IMG/VR virus record: IMGVR_UViG_3300035526_000055
Location: 1 to 25,519 of that record
DNA length: 25,519 bases
From: a virus
Taxonomy: Duplodnaviria > Caudoviricetes
Strand: one strand, 5' to 3'
In this document: positions 23,245 through 25,519 of the stretch, one piece after another
Position numbering within the stretch: the first letter of the stretch is position 1
Layout: each line of letters starts with the position of its first letter
The notes under the pieces: model-generated
Told to the model about the DNA's origin: nothing
Database searches by the model: none
Seen by the model: the letters and a program-made list of their open reading frames with translations, nothing else
Made by a program: the position numbers and the translations under genes

Positions 23245-24928
23245 TTGAGCCCTCCTTAAATCTTTCAAACCAGTTTTTAATACTTTCTGACGTGTGTTCA
23301 CGTTGAGCAGATGCTCCTGTATTGAACATCGCACGACTAAGCGCCATTAACATTGCAATAATCCCATCAATCTTATTTTTAGACTTTGATTTATCGTATT
23401 TCTTATTGCCGTGGGCATCTTCAGTTGCCACAACATTGCCTGCCATCCAAGTCAACAGCTTATTTTCTGCAATAATTAGCCGCTCATCTAATAACATGAT
23501 CTCAAAGTCTTTGATAATTGGACTCATCGACTTATAACCCTGACCAAACTCTGCAACAATATAGTGCTCTTCAAGTCGCTGTCTTATATCTCCAGATCCC
23601 CATCTATCAAATACGATTTCATCATTCTCAAACGCATACTTCGCATCATTATCACCAACATAATTGAATAATTCTTCATTATTCACATAAGTACCATTCA
23701 AAAGTATCAGATCACCTTGAGCAGCATACACATCATACCGGACTTCATCTCTTTCAGCTCTTGTATGCAATGTATCCGTAGGTGTAAATAAGTGCGGATA
23801 TATGATGAATTGGTCTTTTTCTTCATCGTAAAAGACCTGGACAAATGCTACAATATCTTGAACATAAGCCATATCAAGCCCACCCCAGTATTTCATACCT
23901 TTAAGGTCGTTTAAATCTACTGGTTTTATGCACTTTCTCCAAAGTTCAAGATCAATGGCATTTTCGCCGTTGATGGCCACATGCTGATTAAGATAGAAAC
24001 GCCTTGCTTCAGCTTCAAAACTCTTAATCCGACTTGCTTTTTTCATAAAATCTATTAGATCTTTGAATTTTCTAAATATCCCCAGTGCTGGATTGGCTTT
24101 GATTTGTTGCTCTATGTCCATTAAGTCACAATCTTTATCAGCTTCATAGATTGCAGAATAAAACGCCTCATCTTCAAACTCGCCTCTTTCAATTGCCTTA
24201 GCGTAGTTATAAAGCTCCATCTCTAAGTTATGCGGGTTGCTCCCGCTGGATGCTGTAGTGGTACAAAACAGTAACGGATCGTCCCACAACCCCATACCAG
24301 TACGCATTTTTGTATATGCATCATTATTCTTATATTCGTGAACTTCATCAAGAACAACGCAATACGCCGCATAAGAGTCGAGTCCTCCACCTTCATTCGA
24401 TAATACTCTCAGATAGCTATTTGTTGATTTCCGAAACATCAATTTCTGAGATTCTGTAATCTTCACATGCTTCTTGAGTACTTTATGATTCTTAATCATT
24501 AAGTGAATTGTTCTGAACAGGTTCATTGCTTGCTTTTGATCATTGGCAATAATTATGTATTCAGCCCCAAATGTATCATCTGTAAAATAGAGATACACCA
24601 TAATCCAGGCTACCAATGAACCTTTGCCGTTTTTTCGGCTAATATCTAAAAGACCCTCGCGATGTTTGCGAAGGCCGGTATCTTTGCTTTTCACACAAAG
24701 TATTTCAGTCACAATTTCGAACTGAAATAAAAGCGGTTTAATTTTTTGACCTTTTTTGCCTTTATCAAGTTCTAATTTTGTGATGAATTTATAGAACTTT
24801 CGTGCTTCATCCGCATCATAAAAACACTTGTCATCATCCCACTTGCATTGCAAACGCTTGATTTCAACTTCAAGGTCATACTCAACTTGAACAATTCGAT
24901 GCATCTCTAATCGTTCTTTAAAGTTCAC
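23225..24928 (-). CDS. terL: Terminase large subunit (HK97/Terminase_1 type)
   Basis: Walker A ISRKNGKG, Walker B VVLDEVHE, coupling motif TTTA, and nuclease motifs GGLDMA, FDRW and KIDGIIA. Confidence 0.97.
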   Translation of the reverse strand: MNFKERLEMHRIVQVEYDLEVEIKRLQCKWDDDKCFYDADEARKFYKFITKLELDKGKKGQKIKPLLFQFEIVTEILCVKSKDTGLRKHREGLLDISRKNGKGSLVAWIMVYLYFTDDTFGAEYIIIANDQKQAMNLFRTIHLMIKNHKVLKKHVKITESQKLMFRKSTNSYLRVLSNEGGGLDSYAAYCVVLDEVHEYKNNDAYTKMRTGMGLWDDPLLFCTTTASSGSNPHNLEMELYNYAKAIERGEFEDEAFYSAIYEADKDCDLMDIEQQIKANPALGIFRKFKDLIDFMKKASRIKSFEAEARRFYLNQHVAINGENAIDLELWRKCIKPVDLNDLKGMKYWGGLDMAYVQDIVAFVQVFYDEEKDQFIIYPHLFTPTDTLHTRAERDEVRYDVYAAQGDLILLNGTYVNNEELFNYVGDNDAKYAFENDEIVFDRWGSGDIRQRLEEHYIVAEFGQGYKSMSPIIKDFEIMLLDERLIIAENKLLTWMAGNVVATEDAHGNKKYDKSKSKNKIDGIIAMLMALSRAMFNTGASAQREHTSESIKNWFERFKEGSSEEKAE

Positions 24929-24942
24929 AGCCCCCCCCTCCC

Positions 24943-25329
24943 CTAAGAAATCATATTTTCCATTTCCTCATCATCGGGATCAATCGGGATAACTATGTCT
25001 TTCAGTTTTGCGCGTTCACGTGGTGTTAACGCAAATTCTTTTACAAAACTCAACATCGCTTTCATGCTATCTCGCGCAATCGAAATTTCTGGAATCTGCT
25101 GTCTGTATCCAGAATCAGTTTCAAAACATAGTTCTTTGTTTTTCTTGATAGCAACTTCAGCTTGTATCCACCGCTGATAATTTGCACAAAGTGCTATTAG
25201 TGAAATCTCATCGCCATTTTTCCATTTTCCTTCTTCATAAAGCATGTTCGCTATTTCATAGTATTTATCTTTCGCCGGCTTTTTCAAAAAAGTTGGCGGC
25301 TTTGCAATCGGATTCGTAATCTGGTCCAA
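24943..25329 (-). CDS. terS: Terminase small subunit, P27 family
   Basis: KPPTFL...AK, LC..Y..W, GYRQQIPEISI and EFALTPRERAKL motifs. TTG start behind AAGGGGTGG. Confidence 0.92.
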   Translation of the reverse strand: MDQITNPIAKPPTFLKKPAKDKYYEIANMLYEEGKWKNGDEISLIALCANYQRWIQAEVAIKKNKELCFETDSGYRQQIPEISIARDSMKAMLSFVKEFALTPRERAKLKDIVIPIDPDDEEMENMIS

Positions 25330-25444
25330 GAAACCACCCCTTTCGAAAAATCCAAAAAAACTTACACGAGAATATGGAGTCGGTGTTCAGTTTTCTTTTT
25401 AAAACCTTTTTGTACCCCCTACCCCTTTTAAAAACAAGCAGGAT

Positions 25445-25519
25445 CTACATTCCAAACTCACTTTCAAACCTCTTCAGATACTCAAATAGAACCGATTGAA
25501 GTCGCTTCTTTTCTTCTGC
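25445..25519 (-). CDS. 3' end of the upstream gene (often an HNH protein in this position; not verifiable here)
   Basis: Open frame ...AEEKKRLQSVLFEYLKRFESEFGM* enters from the window edge. The product guess rests on synteny only. Confidence 0.4.
   Translation of the reverse strand, partial: AEEKKRLQSVLFEYLKRFESEFGM

Noticed and set aside
23245-23334. N-terminal extension of the small membrane protein overlapping terL
   Set aside because: A better start is GTG 23244 with RBS AAGGAGGG, which removes most of the overlap.
9076-25177. Numerous plus-strand ORFs of 60-120 aa opposite the structural genes
   Set aside because: They are antisense shadows of well-supported minus-strand genes, with no RBS or recognisable motifs.
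1-25519. A second VR / additional DGR target in the window
   Set aside because: No further copy of the TR sequence was spotted by eye. A remote target outside the window, or one missed without alignment, cannot be excluded.

Overview
This window is about 25.5 kb of a temperate, contractile-tailed phage with a low-GC Firmicutes (Clostridia/Bacilli-like) signature. It has an HK97-type head and a PBSX/Xkd-type tail. From left to right: (1) a lysogeny switch (divergent promoters with phased operator repeats, XRE repressor, ImmA/IrrE-type protease, an exported acidic protein, tyrosine integrase); (2) an apparently intact attP flanked by a perfect 25-bp direct repeat, suggesting the excised/circular form; (3) a stand-alone PH-domain moron; (4) on the minus strand, the late region from terminase through head, tail and baseplate to lysis. 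The main feature is a complete diversity-generating retroelement (DGR) inside the tail-fibre locus, in the order target gene with VR (8302-8390), avd, TR (7767-7855), reverse transcriptase. TR and VR align without gaps over 89 bp, and all 12 differences fall at TR adenines. DGRs are a known class. This one has unusual points: a target resembling a phiKZ-like virion-protein family with an inserted beta-domain, an SH instead of SQ motif in the RT, and no clear RT start codon. Two small genes missing from the ORF track (an XkdX homologue and a 48-aa coiled coil) and a -1 frameshift in the tail chaperone were also found. All product calls come from motif recognition and synteny; no database searches were run.
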